Source: Fibrobacter succinogenes subsp. succinogenes S85
GTDB taxonomy: Bacteria > Fibrobacterota > Fibrobacteria > Fibrobacterales > Fibrobacteraceae
Direction: 5' to 3'
Assembly (NCBI RefSeq): GCF_000146505.1
Contig: NC_017448.1
Coordinates: 2,370,001-2,402,000 of the forward strand
DNA: 32,000 nucleotides
Below the pieces are notes generated by a model, which was given only the letters and a program-made list of their open reading frames with translations, did not search any database and had not been told where the DNA came from. How positions within the stretch are numbered: position 1 is the first letter of the stretch; each line of letters starts with the position of its first letter. The position numbers were made by a program, and so were the translations under genes. Shown in pieces: positions 14,266 to 23,424 of the stretch.

Positions 14266-15087
14266 ATGACTCTCCGTGTTGGTCGAATCCCTTTTTTGGT
14301 CTGTGCGCCGTTTTTCTTTAATTCTGTCGGGCGCGAAAATGAATTTTCAGAGGTGGCCTTTGTCGATGGCCCACCGAGTGTTCATAGTGCAGGCCTCAAG
14401 GATGGCTCTATCCACCTTTCGCCGGCATCTTCGATTACGTTTGCGCAAAAGCCGGGCGCCTTTGTGCTGTCTCCTTCGCTTTGTACCTCATGCTCCTTTG
14501 AGGTGCGATCGGTCAAGCTTTTTTCGCGTTACCCGATTGAGGAGCTTTCGGACAAACGTATCCGCATGACATCGCAGAGTAAGACGTCTGTTACGTTATT
14601 ACGGATTCTTCTTGAAAATCGTTATGGCCTTCGTCCGGAATATTTGCCGGGGCTTGCGGCTGAATCGACCGATGATGCTTGCCTCTTGATTGGCGACTTG
14701 GCGCTTGAAGAAAATGAACGCCACCGCTTTGCGTATAGCTATGACTTAGGGACTCTCTGGCAGGAATGGCAAGGACTCCCTTTTGTGTTTGGTGCTTGGC
14801 TGATATCGAAGGATGCACTTTCGGCACGCTTGCGCCCTGTTCTCGATGATTACATGGTGCGCTTGGAAACAGGCATTCGCGAGTTCCGTAAAAATCCGTC
14901 GCAGGCGCTGGACGTGTGGCTTGCGAAGTATCCGGTGAATTTGCCTCGCCCTCTTATCGAAGATTACTTTAGTGTGCTCGATTACCATTTTACTGATGAA
15001 CGTAAACAATCGTTATCACTGTTTTTCAAATTGGCGGCTCAAATGGGGCTTGTTGAATCTGCTCCTCCGATAGAGTTCCTCGAGTAA
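14266..15087 (+). CDS. mqnA: Menaquinone biosynthesis protein, MqnA/MqnD family (futalosine pathway; likely chorismate dehydratase)
   Basis: LRVGRIPFLVCAPFF is at the N-terminus and LPFVFGAWLISKDAL lies further in. Length is 273 aa. The choice between MqnA and MqnD rests on the N-terminal motif only. Confidence 0.62.
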   Translation: MTLRVGRIPFLVCAPFFFNSVGRENEFSEVAFVDGPPSVHSAGLKDGSIHLSPASSITFAQKPGAFVLSPSLCTSCSFEVRSVKLFSRYPIEELSDKRIRMTSQSKTSVTLLRILLENRYGLRPEYLPGLAAESTDDACLLIGDLALEENERHRFAYSYDLGTLWQEWQGLPFVFGAWLISKDALSARLRPVLDDYMVRLETGIREFRKNPSQALDVWLAKYPVNLPRPLIEDYFSVLDYHFTDERKQSLSLFFKLAAQMGLVESAPPIEFLE

Positions 15088-15137
15088 TTTTATTTTATAG
15101 CGGTTGGAATGAGTGTTGGGATGGTAAGGAGAACAAA

Positions 15138-16007
15138 ATGGTAGAGGAAAAAATCCTGATTGTCGATGACGATGATGTCGAATTAAAAAGAGACTCTGAA
15201 GTATTGACGTCAGTTGGTTATGAAGTGATCGGTTGCAAATCTGGCACCGAAGCTTTGGAGTACCTGAACAACAACCCAGTAGAGCTTGTACTGCTTGACG
15301 TGAACATGCCGGGAATGAATGGCTACGATGTTTGCCTGAATATCCGCAAGCAGTTCCCGCTAGATGACTTGCCGATTATATTCCTTACGAATCAGGAAAA
15401 TGAAGCTAGTGTCACGCAGGGGTTCCAGTCGGGAGCTTCTGATTTTGTCTGCAAGTCTGCTGCACCGGACATCCTGCTCGCTCGAATTGGAGTGCATCTG
15501 CGACTGGCGCGTTCGCTCCGCAACTTGCGTGAGATTTCTTTGACGGACGACTTGACGGGCGCCTACAACCGTAGGCATGCTATCTGTTCGCTTCGAGAAT
15601 TGTTTGCCCGCAGTAAGCGCTATGGTACGAATTTCTCGCTGATTTATTTTGACTTGAACGGTCTCAAAAAAATCAATGACCAGCATGGTCACTTGGCTGG
15701 CGACCTGTTACTCCGTTCTGTCGTGAACGCTTGCAACAAGCTGCTCCGCGAATCGGATATGCTGTTCCGCATGGGTGGTGACGAGTTCATGGTTATTTGC
15801 CCGGATACCGATTTGAAGGGTGCGTTTGTCTGTGCTGAAAGAATGCAAGAGGCTGTGAAGTCGCTTACGATTGTAGACCAGACGGTAGCCTTTGCGTATG
15901 GTACGGCAAGTTCTGCCGAAGACTACAAGGACATGGACGAAATGCTTCGCAGTGCGGATGCTTCCATGTACGAGTGCAAACGCAAGATGCGCGCGGAACG
16001 CGGTTAG
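15138..16007 (+). CDS. Response regulator receiver plus GGDEF diguanylate cyclase (PleD-like)
   Basis: ILIVDDDD and LVLLDVNMPGMNG mark the REC domain with its phospho-acceptor Asp. RMGGDEF is the active site, with RESD five residues upstream (an RxxD I-site). AAGGAGA SD. Confidence 0.88.
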   Translation: MVEEKILIVDDDDVELKRDSEVLTSVGYEVIGCKSGTEALEYLNNNPVELVLLDVNMPGMNGYDVCLNIRKQFPLDDLPIIFLTNQENEASVTQGFQSGASDFVCKSAAPDILLARIGVHLRLARSLRNLREISLTDDLTGAYNRRHAICSLRELFARSKRYGTNFSLIYFDLNGLKKINDQHGHLAGDLLLRSVVNACNKLLRESDMLFRMGGDEFMVICPDTDLKGAFVCAERMQEAVKSLTIVDQTVAFAYGTASSAEDYKDMDEMLRSADASMYECKRKMRAERG

Positions 16008-16042
16008 TAACTGGTGATTAGTTAATAGTTGCTAGTTTAAGT
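16008..16042 (+). repeat. Five-unit TAG-loaded heptamer array after the GGDEF gene stop
   Basis: TAACTGG TGATTAG TTAATAG TTGCTAG TTTAAGT begins at the nucleotide after the TAG stop. The 11-mer TGGTGATTAGT is shared with the array at 23425-23487. Confidence 0.85.
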
Positions 16043-16068
16043 ATGGCGGCAAAGCCGCAAAAAGAAAA

Positions 16069-16088
16069 GCCGCGGATTTTTCCGCGGC
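16069..16088. terminator. Bidirectional intrinsic terminator between the GGDEF gene and eda
   Basis: Perfect 8-bp stem gccgcgga-tttt-tccgcggc. T-rich tracts follow on both strands (ATTTTCG on plus, TTTTCTTTTTG on minus). A second small hairpin gcggc-aaa-gccgc lies at 16046-16058. Confidence 0.8.
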
Positions 16089-16124
16089 ATTTTCGCATTG
16101 TTCAAAATTGTCTCAATGGACTCG

Positions 16125-16766
16125 TTATGCAATCGCTGCTTTAACGGCATCCAACAGCTTCTGCATCTTTGCTTCGATGGTTGTCCAGTCGCCTGCCTTC
16201 ATGAGTTCTGCATTGAAGATGCTTCCGCCGAATGAAAGCAAGTTTGCGCTAGCCTTGAGGTAGCTTGCTGCGTTTTCTGCGTTCACTCCACCGCATGCCA
16301 TCAGCGGAATGTCGCGGAATGGCCCACGCAATGCCTTGATGTATTCCGGACCGCCTACGCAGTTCACCGGGAAAATCTTGATAGCGGTTGCGCCAAGGTC
16401 GTAAGCCTTCTGCACTTCGGTTGGCGTGAGCGCACCCGGGATAATCGGGATGCCTGCCGTATTTGAAAGGCGGATGACTTCGTGACGCGTGTTTGGCGTT
16501 ACGATGAATTCGGCACCTGCAGAAATTGCCTTTTCCACATCGCTCCCGTGACGGACCGTACCTGCGCCGACCTTGATTCCAAGCGGCTTTGCAATGGACT
16601 TGAGCTTTGCGATAATTTCAGTTGCTGCTGCGGTGTTCATCGTGACCTCAATCGCCTTGAGTCCGCACTTTGCAGACGCGTTCACGCACGCTTCTTCGGC
16701 GCCCTGAGGAATGTCGCGGAGAATGCCCACGACCGGCATCGGTTGTAAAAATTCAAGGAAATTCAT
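16125..16766 (-). CDS. eda: KDPG / 4-hydroxy-2-oxoglutarate aldolase
   Basis: Start set to the ATG at 16766 (MNFLEFLQPMPVVGILR). Motifs: AIEVT, VGAGTV, and AIKIFP (Schiff-base Lys context). 213 aa. Confidence 0.8.
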   Translation of the reverse strand: MNFLEFLQPMPVVGILRDIPQGAEEACVNASAKCGLKAIEVTMNTAAATEIIAKLKSIAKPLGIKVGAGTVRHGSDVEKAISAGAEFIVTPNTRHEVIRLSNTAGIPIIPGALTPTEVQKAYDLGATAIKIFPVNCVGGPEYIKALRGPFRDIPLMACGGVNAENAASYLKASANLLSFGGSIFNAELMKAGDWTTIEAKMQKLLDAVKAAIA

Positions 16767-16831
16767 GACTTTAAAATAGCTTATGAATAGGGAATGTGAC
16801 AAGAAAAATGAAATTTTTTCTTTTGACTATC

Positions 16832-18037
16832 CTACTCAAACCTGAGCGCTTCAATCGGGTCGAGCCTGCTTGCCTTGCGGGCGGGGTACCATCCGAAGAA
16901 TACGCCTGTGGCAAAGCACACGCCAAAGCTCACGATAACGCTTGTGACGGAAACGCTCATGGGCCAGTTCATCGCAATCTTTACAGTTTCTGAAGCGGCA
17001 ATGCCGAGCGCAATTCCGATGGCGCCACCGAGCAAGCTGATAATTACGGATTCGAACAAAAATTGTAAAAGGATGTCGCGGCCGCGAGCGCCGATAGCCA
17101 TGCGAAGGCCGATTTCCTTTGTACGTTCAGTGACGGAAACGTACATGATGTTCATAATGCCGATACCGCCAACGAACAAACTAATTCCTGCGATGGCGGT
17201 CAGCACGAGCGAGAGCATGTCGGAAGTGCTTGTGACCATCTGGATCATTTCTTCTTGCGTGAACACGCGGAACGGGTCGGTCGGTTTAGTCCAGTTGCGG
17301 CGTTCCTTTAGAATGGTCATGATTTCTTCGGTCGCTTTTGCGGCATAGCCTTCACCGATGGAGTTCGCGTAAATCTGTCGGATATTCGTCGTGGCGGAGA
17401 ATCGCCTCATCACGGTCTGGTACGGAGTGAAAATAACATCGTCCTGGTCTTGCCCGAAATCGCCGGAGCCTTTAGCCTTGAGTGTACCGATGACTTTTAG
17501 CGGGATGCTCTTGTAGCGGATGGTCTTGCCGATGGGGTCTGCGTCCGGGAAAAGGTTTTTGACGACAGTTTGGCCGATAACGCAGACCTTTGCCATGCGG
17601 TCGGTTTCGTCGTCAAACATGACGCCGTCCTGGATTTCGTAGTTGCGGATCTTGAGGTAGTCTGCAGAAACACCGGAGAGCGTGGTGGGGGAGTTATTGT
17701 TTCCAACTATTGCTTGGCCGCCAACGGTGACCATGGGGGAAACACCGTTGATGTAGCTTGCGTTTTCGCGGATGGCAATGACGTCCTCTTCTTCAAGAGT
17801 TTCTGTCGATTCCGTCTGGACGCCGCCCCGGCGGCTCTGGTTTGGCATGATGGTGATTGCGTTTGTACCCATTGCAGTCATCTGTTCCTTGATGGACTTC
17901 TTGGAGCCTTCGCCCATGGCGACCATGGTGATAACGGCTGCAACGCCGATGACTATACCGAGTACGGAGAGAAATGTGCGCATGCGGTTACGGAGCAACG
18001 CGCGGAGAGCGATTTTAGCTAAGGTAAACGGATTCAT
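16832..18037 (-). CDS. ABC transporter permease, MacB/FtsX family
   Basis: 401 aa. The layout is an N-terminal TM helix, a ~220-aa periplasmic domain, then three C-terminal TM helices with the FtsX-type signature (GIGIMNIMYVSVTERTKEIGLRMAIGA). Confidence 0.88.
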   Translation of the reverse strand: MNPFTLAKIALRALLRNRMRTFLSVLGIVIGVAAVITMVAMGEGSKKSIKEQMTAMGTNAITIMPNQSRRGGVQTESTETLEEEDVIAIRENASYINGVSPMVTVGGQAIVGNNNSPTTLSGVSADYLKIRNYEIQDGVMFDDETDRMAKVCVIGQTVVKNLFPDADPIGKTIRYKSIPLKVIGTLKAKGSGDFGQDQDDVIFTPYQTVMRRFSATTNIRQIYANSIGEGYAAKATEEIMTILKERRNWTKPTDPFRVFTQEEMIQMVTSTSDMLSLVLTAIAGISLFVGGIGIMNIMYVSVTERTKEIGLRMAIGARGRDILLQFLFESVIISLLGGAIGIALGIAASETVKIAMNWPMSVSVTSVIVSFGVCFATGVFFGWYPARKASRLDPIEALRFE

Positions 18038-18813
18038 TCCACTTCTCCTTCATCGTCGTCTTCAAAGGTTTCTGGGGGCGGGAGCATTTCGAATGCGACT
18101 TTGGCGTTCTGCACGTTTTCGTTGATGACATCTTTTTTCAGGAGTCCGTCTCGGAGGGTGATAGTGCGTCCGCTGAAGGTGGCGATGTCTGGTTCGTGCG
18201 TCACGAAGGCGATGGTTTTTCCCTGGCTGTGTAGTTCCTGGAATATCATCATGATTTCGTAGCTCGTGCGGGTGTCGAGGTTGCCGGTCGCTTCGTCTGC
18301 AAGAATGATGACGGGGTCGTTCACAAGGGCGCGTGCAATAGCCACGCGCTGCTGCTGGCCACCCGAGAGCTGGTTTGGCAAGTGATTCATGCGGCTTTCA
18401 AGCCCAACCATCTTTAACGCTTCGATAGCGCGGTGGCGGCGTTCCTCGGCGGAAATCTTTGAATTATATAATAGGGGGAGTTCTACGTTTTCGATGGCGG
18501 TCGTGCGGCTGAGCAGGTTGTAGCTCTGGAAAACGAACCCGAGCTTCTGGCTCCGGATGCGGGCGAGCGCGTCGCGCTTCAATGTCTCGGTATGTTGTCC
18601 ATCTAATATATAGTGTCCTGAAGTCGGTCGATCCATGCACCCTAGAATGTTCAGCATGGTAGACTTGCCGGAACCGGATGTACCCATAATGGTCACGAAT
18701 TCGCCAGGGTAAATATCAAAGCTCACGCCACGGAGGGCATGTACAATTTCGTCGCCCATCTTGAAATCGCGACGTAAATTTTGGACAGAAAGTATCGGTT
18801 TGACTGTTTGCAT
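18034..18813 (-). CDS. ABC transporter ATP-binding protein (MacB/LolD-like)
   Basis: Walker [10 protein letters not shown], signature [15 protein letters not shown], Walker B ILADE. There is an acidic C-terminal tail ([10 protein letters not shown]). It has a 4-nt ATGA overlap with the permease gene. Confidence 0.92.
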   Translation of the reverse strand: MQTVKPILSVQNLRRDFKMGDEIVHALRGVSFDIYPGEFVTIMGTSGSGKSTMLNILGCMDRPTSGHYILDGQHTETLKRDALARIRSQKLGFVFQSYNLLSRTTAIENVELPLLYNSKISAEERRHRAIEALKMVGLESRMNHLPNQLSGGQQQRVAIARALVNDPVIILADEATGNLDTRTSYEIMMIFQELHSQGKTIAFVTHEPDIATFSGRTITLRDGLLKKDVINENVQNAKVAFEMLPPPETFEDDDEGEVE

Positions 18814-19038
18814 AAAGACCTTTTTCTCAATTCTTTAGATGCTTTAACCCGTTGAATAGGTTGCTTTTACATCAAAAGAATATCATTTCCCCGCCTTTTC
18901 AAGGGTTGTTTACACTAAATGCACCAAAAAATTACATGATTATTATGTTTCAATGTATAAACGTTAAATTTTTTTTTATCTTATATTCCGAATTGGACCA
19001 CACTAGGTGGTTGGTTCCGTGTCCTTGGAGATTTTTTA

Positions 19039-21159
19039 ATGAATGAGAAGATGACTCAAAATGGTTCGAATGCGTCTGCCGATGACGAAATCGACATTCT
19101 TGAGATATTGGTCTACTTGAAAGGCAAGTGGAAATTCTTGTTCATTTTCTTAATTCTAGGTGTAGTTTTTGGTGGACTTGCCGCGATGTGGTTGCGCCCG
19201 TCGTTCAGAAGTGACATTCTTTTACAGGTGAATGTTAAGGGAAATAAACAGGGCCTTGCTCTTGGCGAAATGGGCGCTCTCCTTGACGTTTCTACACCGT
19301 CTGCTGCCGAGATGGAACTCATCAAGAGTCGTGTCGTTCTTGACCATGTCGTTAAGGAAGAAAGACTTTGCTATTCGGCTATTCCACTGGATAAGGCTGA
19401 CCGCCTGATGCACCGCGAAGGCCGCATGGATCTTGAACTTTTGGAAATTCCGCGTGCCTTCCAGGAAGCTAAGGGAAAGCTTATCGCCCGTGTGACTGCC
19501 GATTCTAGTGCATACGAAGTAATCGGACTAGAGGGCGAGGTCGTCCTTGCTGGTGCTGTCGGTGAAACCTACCGTAAGCCCTTTGCTGGTGATACCTTGG
19601 TCATTTGCGTCAAGTCCCTGACCGCGACTGTTGGTCAGACGTTCTTGTTGAGTGCTGTTCATCCGCAGACTGCTGCTGCAGGCTTGCTTAAGGGACTCGG
19701 CATTTCTGAAGAAGGTAAGAATTCCGGTATTATCAGGGTCTCGCTTGAAGACCGCTATGCCGACCGCGTCGCTGCCATTCTGAATACGATTGCGAATACG
19801 TACTTGAAGCAGAATATCGAAATGCGCAGTGCCGAAGCCAAGAAGACTCTGTCGTTCCTTGAAGAACAGCTTCCGGGTGTCAAGGCCAAGCTCGACTCTG
19901 CTGAACAGAAGCTTACTTCTTTCCGCAATTCTAAGGGTACGATTGACCTGACGGGTGAAACCCGCGTCCATTTGGAAAAAGATGTTTCCTTGCAACAGCG
20001 TCTTATCGAATTGGAACAGAAAAAACAGGAAGCATTGCGCTTGTTCCGTGCGGAACACCCGACGGTCCGCACGATTGAGGAACAGCAGTCCAGACTTCGC
20101 CGCGAATTGGCAAAGCAACAGCGCTCTGCTGCTAATTTGCCGGTCGTGCAGCAGGAAGTGCTTTCGTTGCAGGAAGAAGTTGAAGTCAACAACAAGCTCT
20201 ACACGAACCTGTTGAACAATATCCAGCAGTTGCGCGTGGTACAGGCTGGTGAAGTCGGCAATGTCCGCATTGTAGACCAGGCTTATGTACCGCTCAAGCC
20301 GAGCAAGCCGAACCGCAAGCTCGTGTTTGTTGGTGTTGTGTTTGCGTTCCTGTTGCTTGGCTGCTTGATTGTTTACGTTCGTCGCATGCTCTCAAATGGT
20401 GTTTGCAGCAGCAGTGAAGTCGAACAGGCTACGGGTGTTGGTGTTTACGGCAAGCTCCCCATGCTCGACAGAAAGACGCAGAACGATGTTACAAAACCCT
20501 GTGTTGTTACAAATCCGGATGATCCGTTCGCGGAAGGTGTTCGTGCTCTCCGTACTGCTTTGGAATTTTCTGTGTTCTGTGATGGCAAGAAAATCCTTAT
20601 GGTTTCCGGTCTTGTTCAGGGTGTCGGTAAGTCTTTTGTTTCAACGAACCTCGCTGCTTCGTTCGCCATGTCCGGCAAGAAGGTTTTGTTGGTCGATATG
20701 GACCTCCGTCGCGGTCATTTGTTCAAGCATAGCCAGAAGGGCCTTTGCGAGATGCTTGAAAAAGAAGACTATAGCGATGAATATGTTGTCAAGATTTCAG
20801 ATAATTTCTACGTTCTCGGTTCGGGTGCGCGTGTTGTGAACCCTGGAGGACTTTTGAATAGCTCGAGATTTAGCGCTTTCCTTGACGCATTCAGGGATAA
20901 GTACGATTTGATTGTTCTGGATACTCCTCCAGTATTCCAGTGCAGTGACGCATTGCTTGTTGAAAAGCATGCGGATTACCTGTTGTGTGTCTTGAAGCAT
21001 GCAGCTCATACCATTGAAAGCATCCAAGATGCCTTGAATACTTTTGACCGCAGTACGGAAACACCTTTGCAGAAGGCTTTCGTCTTCAACAAGTGCGAAC
21101 GTCATGCGGGGTACGGCTATGGTAGTTACGGCTACTATGGCTACCACAAGAAATATTAA
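19039..21159 (+). CDS. Polysaccharide co-polymerase / tyrosine autokinase (Wzc/EpsG-like, PCP-2a)
   Basis: Wzz-type N-terminus with a TM helix. The periplasmic coiled-coil region contains GEVGNVRIVDQA (GNVR motif), followed by a second TM helix. Kinase motifs: Walker A GLVQGVGKS, Walker A' VLLVDMDLRRG, Walker B LIVLDTPP. The C-terminal Tyr cluster is GYGYGSYGYYGYHKKY. GGAGA SD. Confidence 0.88.
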   Translation: MNEKMTQNGSNASADDEIDILEILVYLKGKWKFLFIFLILGVVFGGLAAMWLRPSFRSDILLQVNVKGNKQGLALGEMGALLDVSTPSAAEMELIKSRVVLDHVVKEERLCYSAIPLDKADRLMHREGRMDLELLEIPRAFQEAKGKLIARVTADSSAYEVIGLEGEVVLAGAVGETYRKPFAGDTLVICVKSLTATVGQTFLLSAVHPQTAAAGLLKGLGISEEGKNSGIIRVSLEDRYADRVAAILNTIANTYLKQNIEMRSAEAKKTLSFLEEQLPGVKAKLDSAEQKLTSFRNSKGTIDLTGETRVHLEKDVSLQQRLIELEQKKQEALRLFRAEHPTVRTIEEQQSRLRRELAKQQRSAANLPVVQQEVLSLQEEVEVNNKLYTNLLNNIQQLRVVQAGEVGNVRIVDQAYVPLKPSKPNRKLVFVGVVFAFLLLGCLIVYVRRMLSNGVCSSSEVEQATGVGVYGKLPMLDRKTQNDVTKPCVVTNPDDPFAEGVRALRTALEFSVFCDGKKILMVSGLVQGVGKSFVSTNLAASFAMSGKKVLLVDMDLRRGHLFKHSQKGLCEMLEKEDYSDEYVVKISDNFYVLGSGARVVNPGGLLNSSRFSAFLDAFRDKYDLIVLDTPPVFQCSDALLVEKHADYLLCVLKHAAHTIESIQDALNTFDRSTETPLQKAFVFNKCERHAGYGYGSYGYYGYHKKY

Positions 21160-21178
21160 CCAATAACAAGGAGAATAG

Positions 21179-23281
21179 ATGAAAAAAATAGTCGCAATGT
21201 CTCTCTTGGCCGGTAGCTTCGCTTTCGCGCAGTCTGGCCTGATGGGCGGAGCCGATGGTCTCAACCAGAAAACAGCCCAAACCCTCGGTGAAGGTGGTTT
21301 TGCTGCCGGTTTCGGTGGCCAGGTCTCTTATGACGCTTGGTCCCTCACCCGTGGTGGCCAATTTAGTAAGGGTGGCAAGAACGCAGCCTTCTATGACAAT
21401 GCTGGTAGCCTTACTGCAAATATTAACTTTGCAGCTGGCGTTACCGACTTCATTGACGTAGGCCTTGCTCTTCCGCTTTACTACGATCATGCCAACTCCC
21501 CGAAGAACGGTGAAGGTGACATGTGGAAGGCTAGCCGTGGTGACCTCGAATTCTGGGCAAAGGCAAAGCTTCCGCTCGATGAAATGACTGATGGCATCTT
21601 CAATGCTGCCATTGCTGCTCAGTTCTACTTCCCGACTGGCGACAAGTCCGTCGGTGTTCGTCCGCGTCATGCTTGGTTCTTGAGTGCCAAGGGTGGTGAA
21701 ACCCATCCGTATGGCCTCCGCAACATGGCTTTCGGCGGTGAATTGATCCTCACTCTCGACCTCCAGAAGGTTGGCGCTCCGCTCCGTTTCAACGGTAACG
21801 TCGGTTTCGTCGGCACTGTGACGAAGGGTTCTAACACCTTGGTCTACGGTGGTGGCATCAACGTCCTCCCGACTGACTGGATGGACTTCTTCGTTGAAGC
21901 TAACGGTGAATTCCGTGTTGAAAAGGGTGAATATGATCGTGAACCGGGTTATGACCCGTTCACTCTTACCCCGGGCTTCCGTTTCCACCTCCCGGCAAAC
22001 ATCGACATCGCTCTCGGTCTCGATGTGGGTATCCGTGCTCTCTCCAACTTCACTTGGAAGTACAAGGACGAAATGAAGGATGCTGACAAGTATCAGCTCT
22101 ACTACACCGACAAGAACGGTAAGAAAGTCCAGTACGGTTATGCTTCGACCCCGCATTATGCTGGTACCGCATCTCTCGTCTGGCGCTTCGGTAACGTCCG
22201 CGGTGCTGACGAAGATAACGATGGCGTAGCAAACAACATCGACCAGTGCGCAGGCACTCCGGCTGGTGCTGTTGTTGACGCTAACGGCTGCCCGGTTGAC
22301 GGTGATAACGACGGCGTGTTCGACGGTCTCGACCAGTGCGCTGAAACTCCGGCTGGTGCTGTTGTTGACGCTGCTGGCTGCCCGGTTGACTCCGACAATG
22401 ACGGTGTCGCTGACGGCATCGACCAGTGCGCTGAAACTCCGGCTGGCGTTGTTGTTGACGCTGCTGGCTGCCCGGTTGACTCTGACAAGGATGGCGTTGC
22501 CGATCACCTCGACAAGTGCCCGAACACTGTTTCTGGTGCTACGATCGATGCTAACGGCTGCCCGATCGACTCTGACAAGGATGGCGTTGCAGACTACCTC
22601 GACCAGTGCCCGAATACTCAGTCTGGCATTGCTGTTGACGGCAAGGGCTGCCCGGTTGACTCTGACAATGACGGCGTAGCTGACTACCTCGACAAGTGCC
22701 CGAGCACTCCGGCTGGTCTCCCGGTTAACGCTGATGGTTGCAGCCCGGATAGCGATAAGGACGGCATCGTTGACGCTCTTGACAAGTGCCCGAATACTCC
22801 GGCTGGCGTCTCTGTTGACGAAGTTGGTTGCCCGGTTGACTCTGACAAGGATGGCGTTGCCGATCACCTCGACAAGTGCCCGAACACCCTCGTTGGCGTT
22901 GCAGTTGATAAGAACGGCTGCCCGAACAAGAACCAGGACCTCGACAAGCTCAAGAAGGGTATCCAGTTCAAGACCGGTTCTGCTAAGCTCACTGCAAGCA
23001 GCAACAAGACCTTGAACAACATCGCTAAGTTGCTCAAGAAGCTCCCGGCTGTCAACCTCGAAGTCCAGGGTCACACGGATGACACTGGTTCTGAAGAAAA
23101 GAACAAGACCATGTCCGAACAGCGTGCTCAGGCTGTTGTCAAGTACCTCGTCAAGAAGGGCATTGACAGCGAACGTCTCCGCGCAGTCGGTTACGGTTCT
23201 GACAAGCCGATCGCAGATAACAAGACTAAGAAGGGCCGCAAGCTCAACCGCCGTGTTGAACTCGTTCCGTTCGAAAAGTAA
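21179..23281 (+). CDS. OmpA-family outer membrane protein: N-terminal barrel, 8 thrombospondin type-3 repeats, C-terminal OmpA/peptidoglycan-binding domain
   Basis: Signal peptide MKKIVAMSLLAGSFAFA. A ~340-aa beta-rich region comes next, then 8 units of DxDxDGVxDxxDxCPxTPxGxxVDxxGCP. The C-terminus carries NLEVQGHTDDTGSEEKNKTMSEQRAQAV...NRRVEL (OmpA_C motif). AAGGAGA SD lies 19 nt after the wzc stop. Confidence 0.92.
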   Translation: MKKIVAMSLLAGSFAFAQSGLMGGADGLNQKTAQTLGEGGFAAGFGGQVSYDAWSLTRGGQFSKGGKNAAFYDNAGSLTANINFAAGVTDFIDVGLALPLYYDHANSPKNGEGDMWKASRGDLEFWAKAKLPLDEMTDGIFNAAIAAQFYFPTGDKSVGVRPRHAWFLSAKGGETHPYGLRNMAFGGELILTLDLQKVGAPLRFNGNVGFVGTVTKGSNTLVYGGGINVLPTDWMDFFVEANGEFRVEKGEYDREPGYDPFTLTPGFRFHLPANIDIALGLDVGIRALSNFTWKYKDEMKDADKYQLYYTDKNGKKVQYGYASTPHYAGTASLVWRFGNVRGADEDNDGVANNIDQCAGTPAGAVVDANGCPVDGDNDGVFDGLDQCAETPAGAVVDAAGCPVDSDNDGVADGIDQCAETPAGVVVDAAGCPVDSDKDGVADHLDKCPNTVSGATIDANGCPIDSDKDGVADYLDQCPNTQSGIAVDGKGCPVDSDNDGVADYLDKCPSTPAGLPVNADGCSPDSDKDGIVDALDKCPNTPAGVSVDEVGCPVDSDKDGVADHLDKCPNTLVGVAVDKNGCPNKNQDLDKLKKGIQFKTGSAKLTASSNKTLNNIAKLLKKLPAVNLEVQGHTDDTGSEEKNKTMSEQRAQAVVKYLVKKGIDSERLRAVGYGSDKPIADNKTKKGRKLNRRVELVPFEK
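22208..22927 (+). repeat. 8 x 90-bp in-frame tandem repeats encoding TSP3-type Ca-binding units
   Basis: The units begin at D-E-D-N-D-G (22208) and end at G-C-P-N (22927). There is an exact 57-nt duplicate at 22471-22527 and 22831-22887. A near-exact ~63-nt duplicate lies at 22331-22393 and 22421-22483. Confidence 0.9.
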
Positions 23282-23303
23282 TCTTCGATCTTAACTGAGA
23301 ACT

Positions 23304-23335
23304 AAAAAGGGGCGTCCGCAAGGACGCCCTTTTTG
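23304..23335 (+). terminator. Intrinsic terminator after the OmpA-family gene
   Basis: Hairpin gggcgtcc-gcaa-ggacgccc followed by TTTTTGT. Confidence 0.85.
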
Positions 23336-23403
23336 TATATGCAGAATGATGCAAATCGCTGTAGACATGTTTCGCGGTGTTGCAAGCATGCTGCACAAAG
23401 AAA

Positions 23404-23420
23404 GCGCACGACCCGTGCGC
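23404..23420 (-). terminator. Hairpin terminator candidate after the gtrA-like gene
   Basis: gcgcacg-acc-cgtgcgc. On the minus strand it is followed by TTTCTTTGTG. Confidence 0.55.
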
Positions 23421-23424
23421 CTTT

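Noticed and set aside
18852-19046. 64-aa ORF in the ABC/wzc divergent region
   Set aside because: It lies in an AT-rich promoter region, has a non-ATG start in the ORF track and no SD, and runs into the wzc start.
22208-22927. Possible CRISPR array or non-coding tandem repeat
   Set aside because: The 90-bp units are in frame inside a long ORF and encode canonical TSP3 calcium-binding motifs. There is no repeat-spacer structure.
21086-23074. 662-aa ORF on the minus strand
   Set aside because: It is antisense to the OmpA/TSP3 gene. Its periodic sequence (VNRAA...SRS..ALVE) is just the reverse-frame image of the 90-bp repeats. There is no start context.
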